From assembly GCF_036321535.1 (NCBI RefSeq), contig NC_087436.1:85314001-85378000 (forward strand): a DNA stretch of 64,000 nt. The letters are read 5' to 3'. Under the pieces are notes generated by a model. It saw nothing but the letters and a program-made list of their open reading frames with translations, was not told the origin of the DNA and did no database searches. This DNA is from Camelus dromedarius (lineage: Eukaryota). Below, one piece after another: positions 12,719 to 25,177 of the stretch; positions within the stretch are counted from its first letter, which is position 1; each line of letters opens with the position of its first letter. Both the position numbers and the translations under genes were made by a program.

Positions 12719-13319
12719 AAAAACCTATTTGCTGCAGCCCTCCATCTTCCCCTCAGCAGTTTCTGACAATGTTCAGGGCGACCTCGTGTGTGATTGCAAA
12801 CACGTGGCTGGACCTCTGAGCAGTAGTATCTGACATGAGAGCTCTGGGCTCCTCTGAGCTGTGCAGAGCTCCTCAAACCTCCGTGGTGGCTGCCGGACTA
12901 GCGTGGCTTCTCAGTCGAGTACCCTCATCTCTGCCATCTCCCACTGAGTCATATCACAGCCATGCTGTGCCAACATCAAACCCCCGAGGTGGGGAGAATC
13001 CTGTCTGCCCGACTTTGTACCCTGCACTCTGACTTTGATCCTAAAAGCATTAAGGCATTGAGAATCTGGGAAACTTCTGTGAAGGTGCACATGTTACCTG
13101 GAAGAGGAACACCTTGATCCACTGTGACTTCTTCCTGCAACATCTGGGGTCAGTTAATGTGTCTTGTACTGGAGAGCACAGAGGTGAGGAAATATGGAAG
13201 CAGATGGGGAGGTTTTGTCGTGGGAATCAGGAGTCTAGACTACGTATCTGGGCGGAATTGGATGCTTTCTTTTCCCTTTTGAGATCCAGGCAGGAAAGGT
13301 GAGGAGAGTGGAGAAGAAC

Positions 13320-13530
13320 TAGCATGCTGAGAGGCTTCTATGTGTTGGATGTTGTATAATGTTAGATCTCAAGATTTAATCTTGATACCACTTCACACTA
13401 TGAAGAAAAGGTTCTTATTTCCAAAACAGTCAAAGTGACAAAAATTCAGAGAGAATAAATCATTTTCCTAAGGCTGCAGAGTTAGGAAGAGGCAGGGGCA
13501 GGATTTGAACCCTCGTCTATCTAGTTCTAC
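13320..13530 (-). mobile_element. MIR SINE (diverged)
   Basis: 'ggcaggggcaggatttgaaccctcgtct' is an antisense MIR head. Confidence 0.6.
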
Positions 13531-14369
13531 AGCCATATAGTGGCTAAAAGGAGGAGAGAAGGGAGAAAAATCAGAAGATAAATTAATTAAATTGGAGGAG
13601 AGCACTTGAAGGGCAGGTTGAGTCACAGATTTTGATTTCAGTTTGCTCTCTGAACCGTCCAAGCAGTCCCCAGGATAAATTCCACGGGTATAAACCACCA
13701 TTCATGTGAAAAGGCCTGGGGGTTTGAGCTGGACAGCTGCTGCTATTAAGAAGGGACAGTGTCCTTAGTTTGTGAGGTAGAGTTACGGGGAGATCATAGG
13801 AGAGCGTGGACCTACTGTGCTTTGTTCTGTTTAGAATTACTTAGAGGTCCCGTTTTTTGTTACCAGGTTTCAAGCCATGTTAGGGGTCTTTCAAATCAGC
13901 GTGTTTGCTGAAAGAACCAACAGGAGGTTTAGTGGCTTAAAAAGTCAGATGTGTGAGGTGTATTGAGGGCAGCAGATGTCCAGCTGGAGGAAGAGGACAC
14001 TGAGAGAGACGTGAAGGCTGTTTTCAGATATGTAAAGGGTTGCTGGGGGATTTGTAGCCCATGACAGTGGACAGGCAAATAGGAAGGGAAGGAAGCACTT
14101 ACTTATGGAGACCTACTGTGTGCCAGCTGCTGCACCAAGGACAAGTATGTGAACTCAGCATAAGGAAGATGGGAACAACAATCTGAAGTGCCCATCACTA
14201 TGGTGAGAATTCTCAGAGTGAGCAACTGGACGTACCAAACCAAGACTGGAATCATGCTGGACAAAGATTTTGTTCAAGGGATTTCAGCATTATGCAGTCG
14301 ATTTGAATGGAAGATGAATGCCTTCTCAGATCTGTTCACTATTAGAAACGTATGGGTAGTCTTGGCCAC

Positions 14370-15100
14370 TTATTCTTCCAGATCTTTGAGAACAGGACAC
14401 CCAGCAATTAGGTATGTTATGATGAAAATAAAGATCCTCAAAGACAAAGATAAAAAAATTCTCAGGTCTTCCAGAAAGAAAAAGCAGATCACATACAAAG
14501 GAGCAGGAATCTTGTTGAAATAAGAACTGCAAATTAAGCAGTGAGATACCTCTTTATAACAATAAAATGAACAAAAGTGGCAAGGCTTAATAATTCTACA
14601 TTGGTAGCCTATTTGGTCAGATAATTTCACGTGGGGAAAGAGAAACCTTTACGTGCTGCTGATGTGAATGTGAGTGGGTGCAGCCTTTCTAGAAGGCAAT
14701 CTGGTGCTCCTTAGTGAAACTGAGAAGAAAGCATTTTCCCTATTACACACAAATCCCTTTTCTAGTCGTATGCCCCAGAGGGACTCTCGCACAGGCCTGT
14801 AAAGGACTACATAGGAGTTTTTGTTTGGTTTGGTTTGGTTGGGGTTTTTTGGGCAATCGTTTTTGGTGGTAGGGAGTTGGGAGGGACTTGTCTATCACAA
14901 TGAGAATGGATAAGTAAACCAAGGTGGACATCTGGTCTAGAACACTTACTGGACGGCAGGGTTTAACAAGGACTTAAAAACAAAATGAAAAAAGGAAGAA
15001 AGTGAATAATTTATGCAATACCATTTGCAATGTGAAAAATAAGAACATATAGATAAACATTATCTTTCAATAATACATACAGATGCAAGGACATTTCCTA
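14370..15100 (+). mobile_element. Ancient L1 fragments (ORF1 remnant joined to 3' region)
   Basis: 'KDKKILRSSRKKKQITYKG' resembles L1 ORF1p. Downstream 'gggtgcagcctttctagaaggcaatctgg' resembles old L1 3' sequence. Confidence 0.6.
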
Positions 15101-15297
15101 TAAACATTAGAGTAGGGCAGGAGACAGAAGTGAGGATATGGTGGGGAAAGGGAGGCACAATAGAATAAAATAAGGTAAGAATGATGCGGCTCAGAGTGCA
15201 ATGAGGCACAGAGAGCATGCCACATTTTACCTCCAATAGTGTGCTGAAAAATTTTATAACATTTTTTCTTAAACAGCAGGAAAGATATAATTACTCT

Positions 15298-15330
<33 letters not shown>

Positions 15331-15338
15331 CACACACA
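15298..15338. repeat. (CA)n microsatellite with one interruption
   Basis: Direct reading. Confidence 0.95.
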
Positions 15339-16492
15339 GAGGTCTAGGGCTCTAAGCATGAGGAATGACATGCCCACAGGGTAAATACCTACAAGAAGCA
15401 CTGGGTCCGAGGGTGAGCACAACTAAAATTTAATAGGTATTGCTAAATTGTCCTGTGAAAGTCTATACCAACTAGCATTTTTTATTAGGTGAGGTATTTT
15501 TGATGTGATATTAATAGGGGCACTTTCCAATTCTTTGTTTCTCCAAGTGTGGGTGAAAGGGACTGAGAGGAAGGGAGTTAGGAAGAATCCCAAGGCAAGA
15601 TGGGATTCGAGCTGGACATTGTGTGAGCCGAGACAGCTCCAACAGAGTGAACTGCATCTGTATCAGAGGTGCGTGCTCCCCAGGCCTCCTCATCCCAGCC
15701 CAGCTTGCCCTGACCTGGGCATTTTCCCTCTCGGGTCATTTGGCAGTGGGCTCTGCTATCAAGCACCTGCCATGGCATGGGGAGAGGAAAGCCCATCTCA
15801 TGATGATTACTTAGCCATTGTTACCATAGCAGGAGTGCAGCATCTGTGTCCCTGGGCAGGCACCCCTACCAGGCTTCCGACCCGCTTTCCATCCAACTGC
15901 CACGGCCCTCGATGGCAACCTTGGGCTCCACCCAGAGCCCTTGGCGGAAACAGGATGTAAAGTTCCAAGCAGGGTGAGCAGCAGCTGCTTATCTGCAGTG
16001 GTCAGTAAGGCAGACAGAAACATTCTCTGTGACCTTCCTTCCTTTGCGTGTTTGAAAACTCTGACCCCACCCCCCTTTATGGGGGCGGTGGCTGAGGAGT
16101 TTTAACTAAGCAGGGCATAAACACGGAATGTTTGTGTTTCTTCCAATTATTGATTTCTATAACGTACAGCTGAATTCCCATTTCCCACCCTTTAACATCT
16201 TTGGCAGATTCCCTAACTTTCTGCTCTCTTTCAGTTACGAAAATTTTAGTGTGTTGTGGTTTAAAGTGTCCATCTCAGACAATTTAAATCTAATGTCCTC
16301 CCTCTTCCAAACCACAGGTTTAACCTGAGCCCTGGGAGATCTAGGGCAGGAGCATATAAACTGACTTTTTGTGTTTCCACAAATCCAGCACCTTGGAATA
16401 GAGAAGAGGTGATAGGCAAGGTAGCCAGAAGTCAGGGATGAGGAGAAACAGTCTACCCTGAGATACTCACCTCCTTCCTCTCCTGGGTCTAC

Positions 16493-16696
16493 CAGGGTGT
16501 TTCTCCATGGGGCATCCTATTGTCATTTTGGGTGGGACAGTTCTTAGGGGAGACCAGTTCTGTACATTGCAGACTATGAACATTCCCCACCTCCATCCCC
16601 ACACAAATTCCCATAGCACCCTTCAGTTTTTATGACACACAACATTTTTCCAAACACCTCCTACAGCAGCCATTCTGCCCTGGTTGAGAGCCACTG
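16493..16696 (-). mobile_element. hAT-Charlie non-autonomous DNA transposon (MER20-like)
   Basis: Termini 'cagggtgtttctc' and 'ggttgagagccactg'. Internal 'ctattgtcattttgggtgggacagttctt'. Confidence 0.7.
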
Positions 16697-18474
16697 GAAC
16701 CTTCTTGGATTGGGGCCAGGGAGGAGGGATGGAGGAGCAAGATCTTAGATTTCTGGGCCTGCGTCAGTGATGGGAAGGAATCACTGCTTGTCCTTTCGTT
16801 GGATCTGGGTTCATCTGGATCCTTCTGCTACTGGGTGGTAGTCTTTGTAAAAGACGATGTGTTTGGAGATTTAAGGATGTTGTCATCTTCTGGACCATTC
16901 TATTGTTGAGGACCACCTTAGAGAGGGTAGCTGTGCCTTCCTTTGCTCCCAGCAGTGATCCATGCCACCAGCACTTTCTCAGGGGAAGGAGTTGCCCTAG
17001 GGTGAGTGGGGGTTCATGTTCCTTTACTGAAAGTCCCCTGAGCTACCAAATCCTGCTCCTCCCTCTAACTCCATGCCCCATGTAGTAGCCGTGAGCTACC
17101 AGAGTACTCTTGTGATAGGTTCTTGTCTCCATCTTCTTCCCAGAACTACCTAGCAAGGACTTTGCTTTCACAAATCTCCAGAAGGGCATCAGACACCAGG
17201 GTGTACCTTCATGGATGTCTTCAAACTCTAGAACATATCAAGCTCTCTCAGGAGACATCACTCCACTTGGATGGCAACCTCAGTATGGAACTTAAGATTG
17301 TACAGCTCAGTGAGCATCTATCAAGGGCATCTATCAGTTTCTTCTTTTTCATTTACCCTTAGTCTTTAAAAGTGATTATCCTGCAACTTTGCCTATCTCT
17401 TGGCTTTATGAGGAGTGGGGAAGCACACCTCTCAGTCTTGTATAAAAATGTCTCTCACCAAGGACCCATGAGGTTGGTAGCCCTCAATTCCAACCCTGTA
17501 TCCCCCCTCTTTCCTTCTTAGATTACATTGAAAATGGTTTTGTGCATGTAGGGTGGGGGGTGGTTGGGGTGGCGGTGATGGTAGTAAAAATTTGATAGTT
17601 CTGGTGATTTTCAGAAAGCCCTTTGTCCTGGCTCACTGTAGCGTATGGTGTATTTAGGTCCTTTTTGTCCTCAGCCATGAACCCTAGTCCCTATTCCAGG
17701 GCAGCGGGAAAAGCCCCACTCAGCCTCCTCTGACAGGAGAGCAGCAAGCTGGGGGAAGACTCCTGGAGTCTTGACACTAGGCTGACGCTAGATGTAGGAA
17801 CTGGAGGACAGGACCATATTCTTGGAATTAAAGAGGAAAGGAAGGCCCTCTTCATAGACTAAGAGCCCACAATTATCTCCCTTGGCTGTTGGCCTCTCCT
17901 TTTAAGTATTCTGTGGCAGATGAAGGAAGAAAGAGGAAAATACATGTTGAGAGAACAAACTGAGGTTGAAAGAGCATTTGCAGGGAGGAAAGAGATGATC
18001 TACTGCTCTCTCTGTTTAAGGAGTATGGAAGGGCTAGAGCTTCCTAAGGTGGAAGTGAGATTCCATCTTCTGACACCTGCCGGAAGAAAAAGATTTGCAA
18101 CTAAAACCTGTCCAGCTGTCTGTCTATCAATCCATCCATCCAGCCCCCCACTCACCCACCTACCAACCCATCCACCCAGCAGGTATTACTGTATATCTAA
18201 TCTGAGACAGGTACTGTGCAATGAAAATAATCTTTGTTCTATGCCTTTTCGCTCCTTCCTATACCTTCCTCATATTGTCTTCCTGCCTAGGTATAGAACT
18301 ATTAGGACTGTATATTCCTGGATACAGGACCTTGCTGGGCAAAGGCCCCACTACTGAGCAGAGTGGACCGGGGAAGATTCCCAGGAGCTAGAGCTTTGAG
18401 GCTGCTGATCTGCTGAAGTTCTTAGTAATTGATTTAATTCCTCTTTGGCTTTTTTCTTTATAAAATGAACTATA

Positions 18475-19050
18475 AGAGTAGTTAGTCTCCAAAGATCAAC
18501 CCAAAGCCTCTTAGAATTTGTACCCTTTATAGTATTCTCCTCTTGCATTTAACTGTGTCTGGTACTCACTGTTGACCAGTAGAATTTGGTGGCAGTGGTG
18601 CTGCAGAACTTTGAGTCTAGGTAGTATGAAACTTGGCAGCCTCTGCTTGGCTCTTTTGGAATGCTTGTTCTTTGGATGCTCCCTTTTCCAAACTCTCCCT
18701 TTTGGAACCCAGCTGCCTTGAGAAGCCCAAGTTACATGAATAGTCATGTATTGGTGCTCTGATTAGTAGCCCTACCTGGGCTCCCAGCTGACCACTAGCA
18801 TCACCTGGCAGCCATGTGAGTGCACCATCTTGGATATCCAGCCCAGCCTCGTCATCTAAATGACCAGCCCAGTCAGATACCTTTTAACCCAGCCATCGTC
18901 TATGACTGTAACTATGTGAGAGACCTTAATCAATATCTGCCTCACTGAGCTCACTCAACCCACAGAACCATGAGGGAGAAGAATAAATTAGAGTTTTAAG
19001 CCATTATGTTTTGGAGTGGTTTATTACATAGCAATAAATAACTGGACTAA
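18475..19050 (+). mobile_element. MLT1-type (ERVL-MaLR) solo LTR
   Basis: 3' end 'ttttaagccattatgttttggagtggtttattacatagcaataaataactgg'. Internal 'gccatgtgagtgcaccatcttgga'. Confidence 0.8.
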
Positions 19051-19084
19051 TTCCTCTGGGAAGAGGCCAGGCTTCTAGGCTAGA

Positions 19085-19320
19085 GTTGACTATTGGGGTT
19101 TGGGAGTTAGAATCTGGAACTTACTAGCTTCTTGACCTTGTGCAAGTTCCTTCATTTCTGTGTGTATCACTGTGCTCATACATCAAATGGACATACTGAT
19201 AGTACATTCCTCATAGGATTTTTGTGAGGATTAAATATGATGACCTGTGTAAAGGGCTTAATGTGGTACCTGGCATTTACTAAGCACTGACTAAATGTTA
19301 GCTATGATAGTAATTATTAC
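19085..19320 (+). mobile_element. MIR SINE
   Basis: 'cttactagcttcttgaccttgtgcaagttcc...cctcataggatttttgtgaggattaaat'. Confidence 0.8.
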
Positions 19321-21730
19321 AATGACTGGTTTTATGGAATGGAACAAAGTTTTCCCAAACACAATCATTTATTAACATTTTTCTTTAATTTTTAGTCTCT
19401 CTTCTACCAATCCTAACCTACCAGGTCTTGTGGAAGCCAGTCGTGCAGGCTTTGTGGCAAAGCTGCCTTGTTCCATTTTGCCACAGATTTTAACTGAAGG
19501 GTGGATTTTCCTAGTTGGCCTGATTATTTCTTGGGTTGAGGGAATATGAACCTTCTGTTCACCCATTTTGATCTCATCTCTTCTTCAAATGCCCCATCGG
19601 TTTTGTTTTTCCTTCTGTTTCCTCTAGGGAATTGCTTTTCCTCATCAGAAGGGCAGAGGGAATTGAGTGGGTGATTGATGTTTTAATAAAGATGACAAGA
19701 CTGAGGGTCATTGGGATGAGAATGAAAACTGACACTAAAATTGTCCTCTGTGGTCTTTTAATGACTTGTGGCTAAGAGCATTATGCTGTTTCTATAAAAG
19801 GGAACTGAACATATACTGGGGTTTGTGGAAATGCCAGGAAGAACAAAGGTTTCCAGAATAACAAACATTTTCTATGACCTTAACAACTCCTGTGATTATG
19901 TTCATGCTGGGACCTGGGGTACACCATGACCATCATGAATCCTGCCTCCTCCCATCCTCATAGTTTAGATTCCAAGCTTCAATGACAAAATCACATTAAA
20001 ACCTTAGCTCTCTGAGCAGCATACTGTATACATATACCTAAGCCACTGCTCATGATATTTGCTTTTTTTTCTCCCAATCAGGACATATTTTAGAAGAGAG
20101 GGTCAAGTGATTTATACTGAATTTTCTGTACAGTAGGAATCTGCATGGAAGAGTAAGGTAGATAGAGAGAAATATTGATATTTCATTTAGCTTTTTTTTT
20201 TTTTGGCCTTAATACAAAAATACTGGGTTTAGGTCTTCACTCTGTACCTGAAAGAAATTTAAACCATAGAAATCTTGAAGTAAATTTTATTATCTGAGAT
20301 GTCGGGGGAAAATGATCTATATTCTGAGTTCACTTTACAGCAGAAAAATCCCTTTCTCGTAGGCAGGGAGCAGTTATTATGAATCAGACTTGTTATCAGC
20401 ACCACACTGATTACTTGTGTGATCGTTCTTTGGGTTGCCTGTAACTCTGCAGTGTGGTTAAGCCTGCTCAGCTCCAGATGAGCTCAGCATATAGTAGGCA
20501 CACAGTAAATGCCTGAAAATAGAATGAAAGATTGATAAGCCTGGCAATCACTCAAACCATCTGTGGCTTCTTCTGCTCATCAAGTTAACTTCTATCAAGA
20601 GTTTTGTTTGTGTTTTTACAATTGCATCAGCCCCTGTAGTTCCAGCCACTTTCTTTCTCCTTCTTATGTCTGGAGACAAAACCCATTTTTCTTACCTAGT
20701 GAGTTGCCTTCATATCTGAGAGAGAGGGTCAGCTAAATTCAGCTTCATGGACTGTGGCCAGGAATAAAAACAGACCCGACTCTAAGTTCATGAAAAATTA
20801 TCTGTGCTTGCTAGTGATATAATTCAGTTAAATGTTTGTGAAAGATGACCAATGTTTTTGAATTCTTGGTGATCTGTGGTGGTGGAAAATTAAACATTTT
20901 GAATAAAAATTTGAAAATCTAGATTTTTAGTAATAGATTTTTGAATCAATAACTAATTTAATAAAAGGCTTGTGTTTGAGTTAGTTGCTGTAATTATGTT
21001 CTGTTGATTAGTATGGAAAATCATTGCTCATTAAGGGGTGACTGCTTACTGGCTCTAGGAGGAGAAACTTAGATCTTAGCGCACCTCTAGGCAAATCGAT
21101 TTCCTTATCAGGAACAAGCACGTTCGAGTGACAATTTTACTCAAGAGCTTAAAGACTGAACATAATGAGATTTCCTTCTTTTTTTTTTTTTCCCCTCTTT
21201 CAATTTTGAAAGAAAGGCTTCCCACCCAGAGTCTAGGGAGTAGCCTCGTCTGGTCTACTAGCCTTGTGAGGTCTGGAACTGTCAATCTGAAAGGCATGGG
21301 AAAAAAGCTTGGCTTATCTATAACCATCTTTCGTTTTCCAATCCTCAGTGGTCAAGGTGAAAGTTTGTAGTTCTGGCTTGGGAACTTCCATTACTATTTC
21401 CTGTTCTGCCCTCATCCTACTTTCAAGTGATTATAGAATATGTATCTTTATAGTCTTATTTTTAACCGCTCTGCTCCTCGCCTCCCAATACTCCCCTGTC
21501 CCTAACTCTCTGAAGTTTCAAGTGATAAACTGGTAGATGAACAGAAGGGAAAACTAATCCAATTTACATTTTAAATCTCCAGCCCAAGCTCCAAAACTAA
21601 GGAAAAATACCTAGAAGAGATGGAAACTTTCAGGTAAAAATATATCATTGTTACTATTTTTAATGGTGATAATAATAACCCATGATGAACAGATGTCAAA
21701 ATCTTTGTGGAAAAAACCAAACACGTCTTT

Positions 21731-21884
21731 TTTTTTTAAAACACTTTTCTGTTAGTGCTTTTTAGTGGGGGGGGGGGCAGGTAATTAGGTTTACTTATTT
21801 ATTTAAACAGAAATATTAGGGATTGAACTCAGGACCTTGTGCATGCTAAGCACGTGCTCTACCACTGAGATATACCCTCCCCAC
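21731..21884 (-). mobile_element. Camelid tRNA-Ala-derived SINE (vic-1 type)
   Basis: Minus strand reads ggggagggtatatctcagtggtagagcacgtgcttagcatgcacaaggtcctgagttcaatccc (A and B boxes). TSD ccaaacacgtcttt (21717-21730) / ccaagcatgtcttt (21885-21898). Confidence 0.9.
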
Positions 21885-21999
21885 CCAAGCATGTCTTTCT
21901 GTCAGAGGAGCAAATTTGAAAACCGATGGTCAAGAAGTAAAGCTGCTTGTTACCTCTGTCTAGTAATTATCATACGGTACTGGGTCATCTTTGTCAATT

Positions 22000-22175
22000 A
22001 CAGTGTCCCTTGATATCTGCAGGGGATTGGTTACAGGAGTTCTGTGGAAACCAAAATCCTTGGATGCTCTAGGCCCTTACAGAAAATGGCATCGTACAGT
22101 GACTATAGTCAGCCCTCCAATCTCTGGATTCAACCAGTCTGTGAAACTCTTGACCCTAGAGGTGTTTGTGTGCAC
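22000..22175 (+). mobile_element. TcMar-Tigger non-autonomous element (MER2/Tigger2-like)
   Basis: 'tacagtgtcccttgatatctgcaggggattggttacagga...ccaaaatccttggatgctc' resembles the MER2 5' end, with a TA flank. Confidence 0.7.
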
Positions 22176-22319
22176 TTAACTCAAAGGAGATGTCAAGTCT
22201 GAGAATAACAATGGAGATACTGTTAGTTCCTATGAAACTAAGATTGTCATATAGTTATAATATAATAAACCTAATTTCTCTGAACTTCAAAATTATAATG
22301 AACTAATGTGCTTACAGTA

Positions 22320-22760
22320 AATAATCCTAATCGGTGACATTTGCTAAGGTCTTCTTGTGTGTCAGGTGTTGTGATATCTCATCTAATCACTTCAGTAACT
22401 CAGTGCCATAGGGAGAGCTATTATTCTACTTTGTGGATGAGGAAACTGAGGCTTCTAGAGTTAGGTAACTTGTCCAGGAAAGGTAAGGTGATGCTGACAA
22501 GCTATATGCAATAGTACCTGTTAGGATTGTTGTTTTCCATTCTAAAAACAAACATTTATTGAGCACTTTTTATATGCCAGGAGGGTTCACATATGTTATC
22601 GTATTTAACCATTAAAACAATCCTCTGGAGTAAGGCATGGATATCCCTATTTTAGAGATAAGGAACTAGGTTCAGTAAGGTCTGGTGTCTTGCTCAAGAC
22701 AATGTAGGTAGAAAGTGATGATGCTATGATTTGTGTCCAAACCTTCCAGCTTCAAATCGG
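22320..22760 (-). mobile_element. Two MIR SINEs
   Basis: 'ggatgaggaaactgaggc' and 'ttttagagataaggaactagg' antisense cores. Confidence 0.75.
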
Positions 22761-22894
22761 AAATGGTTCTCAAAGTTGTTAAGGTGGTACCACACCTTGA
22801 AATCATAGTCACTGTAGACTGCAGTTAGGAATATTATGCACTTTTGGGGACATGGGGATAGTATGGTGTATTTAATTCCAACACGAGAACAAAG

Positions 22895-23390
22895 AACAAT
22901 TTTAGTAAAAGAAAGTAAACTACATGTATGAAATTAAAAAATCAACCTGTGGCAACCACCCAAGTACGCCGCTCAACGCTCCCTTCAGGAGACAGCCTGC
23001 TGCGGGAGAGGGTGAGCTGGCAGCTGCTGTACCTCTGGGGCCTGCTCTGGCCTTCACACTGAGGTCCTGCTCTCCCTGGCTGATAACTGGGCGTAATGGA
23101 GGTACTGAAGCTGGGCCATTTTTGTTCAACATGAAACTTTTCAGTAGGTAGTCGTCTCTGTGCAGCTCCCCATAAGTCGGCTGAGACCTTCACAGAGGTC
23201 ATTGTGATCTGAGGCTCTTGTGCCAAGTCTTCCTTCCCTCCCTCTCTAAAAACATGGTCTGAGGTCACTCCTGTGCTGCTCTTGTCCCCACTCCCCTTTG
23301 TCCTTCATCAGCATTTCCCCTACTAAATCTCTTGTGTTTCTAATTCTATTTCCTGGAAGTTCTATTTCCTGGAGGGCCCAAAATGATGCA
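22895..23390 (+). mobile_element. Probable old ERVL-class solo LTR
   Basis: GC-richer block ending 'cccctactaaatctcttgtgtttctaattc...ttcctggagggcccaaaatgatgca', similar to the ERVL LTR polyA/U5 end. Family uncertain. Confidence 0.45.
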
Positions 23391-24049
23391 GGACCTAAAA
23401 CACTATTGTCTGTGAAAAAATAACAGTGAGCTGTTGAACTAAGTATTATTTATTAATATTTATTTGTTCTTTTATTATTTATTTTGCTAGCTGCTATTAT
23501 TTGTTATCACATAGGTGATAATACCAACATTTTAAGAAAAAATTATAGAGATACACATTTTAAAAATGGAGATAATCTATTTATGAATCTAATTTTTTTG
23601 AGAAGAGAATGTCATTATTTTATGTAATTATCTTATGTCTTTGTCAGACTTGAGGGGTCATGATAAGAGAATCACAAGTGCAACCACATGGGTATTTTAA
23701 TTTTACAAGTTCAGAAATTTGATTTACTTTGCACCCATGAGTGAACTGACGAAGGGGGATTGATTCGTGTCAACTAAATTCACACGAAACTAATTTATAA
23801 ACCCAAATTCCAGCTAATTGATTTATATTGAGACACATACCAGGTCCAGTCAATTAACAGGGCGATCATCTGCCTAGGTTGTTATAAAGTACTTTATGAT
23901 TATTGTATTTTTATCACTATGATTGCTACTTTATTACCCCTACTGTTAATATCAAATAGGGATCAGTCAACTAGGATCAGAACTCACATAGTCTGAACTG
24001 TGTTGATGGCACACTGGCACATCATCCTCCAACTTCCCATTTCCAATTT

Positions 24050-24620
24050 AAATTTTTATTTTTTTTCTTTGTAAAAGCAATACATATCATTGTAGAAAAT
24101 TGAGAAAATACAGACAAACCAAAAGCAAAACAAAATAAGACAACAGTGAAAAAATTATTCATACATAATCCCACAATTCAGAGATGATTCCTACCAACAT
24201 TTTGGTGTATGTGTTTTATCATTATTACTTACTAAGCATACATAAAAATATTTTAAGTACAGCACACTATACAAGATCTTTAATATTTTGCTTTTTCACT
24301 TAGCAGTATAACTCGAACATTTTTCCATTGCATTAAATATTCTTCTGCTACAGTGTTTCCAAACTTTTTTTGGGTTTTAACACATTGTATGAAAGTTAGG
24401 CTGTCCTACCCTAGAAAAGTGAACATGCATACAAAAGTTGCATACAAATTTTAGGAGTTTCTCTGCCTGAATATTATCTATGCATTTCCTGTCCCTGCCT
24501 ATGGCATTATAGACAGCCGCACAGTATTCTATCCAGTTTAAATTAGTGCTATAATTTATTTAATCAAATTCCTATAGGTAGTTTTCCCTCTCATGAACAA
24601 GGTGATTGAGATCTTTTATA
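24050..24620 (-). mobile_element. Ancient L1ME-like 3' fragments, possibly with a small hAT insertion at ~24350-24470
   Basis: 'ttgctttttcacttagcagtata...ttttccattgcattaaatattcttc'. Confidence 0.5.
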
Positions 24621-24689
24621 TTTGTTATTATGATATTACTTCATGTCACAATTTCCAGTATTACAACTTCATAGTAACAGTTTAGCTCA

Positions 24690-25175
24690 AAGGTTTAACT
24701 GTGAATAACCAGAGCTTATACATCTGGAAGAGTGATGATAGCCTTTGGAGAGTGTAACACTCTGAGAGTGTTACACTAAATCCAGTGATGCTGATATTTG
24801 AATCAGTTTTTGAAATGCCATGTGTGCAATGGTTTCTAGTGACACATGCTTTTAAAAATTCTCAAAGGTGGTAAATTTTCAACTTTGAAAGTAAGTTTGA
24901 CTTTTAAATCTTTGGAGAAAAGTTATCTTAATGAATTAATTAAATAAACAGAATAATGGCATGTTGGCTATTTTTAAAAGTTACTATAAACAAAAAGATT
25001 GATTTTCTTTTTTGCTTTGGGTCTGGCTCTATGCCTGGTACAGATAGAGACTATTCAAAAGAGGACAAAGAAAGCATTAACAGAATAAGTGTATAACTTC
25101 CCAAGGTGATTATTTGGAATTATAAATTCACTTACAAATACAGATGTTCTTGTTTAAAAGAAAATCTGTGTCATA
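24690..25175 (+). mobile_element. TcMar-Mariner remnant (MARNA-like)
   Basis: 25081-25119 translates to QNKCITSQGDYLE, resembling the mariner transposase C-terminal KCI...G.YFE motif. Confidence 0.5.
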
Positions 25176-25177
25176 AC

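Larger units (their letters stand above)
10172..12736 (-). mobile_element. Old ERVL-class LTR (LTR33/LTR16-like), interrupted by two L1 insertions
   Basis: Segments ~10172-10391, ~10636-10905 and ~12720-12736. 'ggaagctggggcatttatccactgacc...ccccattggctgaaggttgc' resembles this LTR group. Confidence 0.55.

Noticed and set aside
15505..15960. 151-aa ORF, and similar long ORFs at 9383, 17920, 33598, 52133, 61264, 62779 and 62936
   Set aside because: No recognisable domains, often non-ATG starts, some overlapping TEs, and lengths plausible by chance in 64 kb across six frames.
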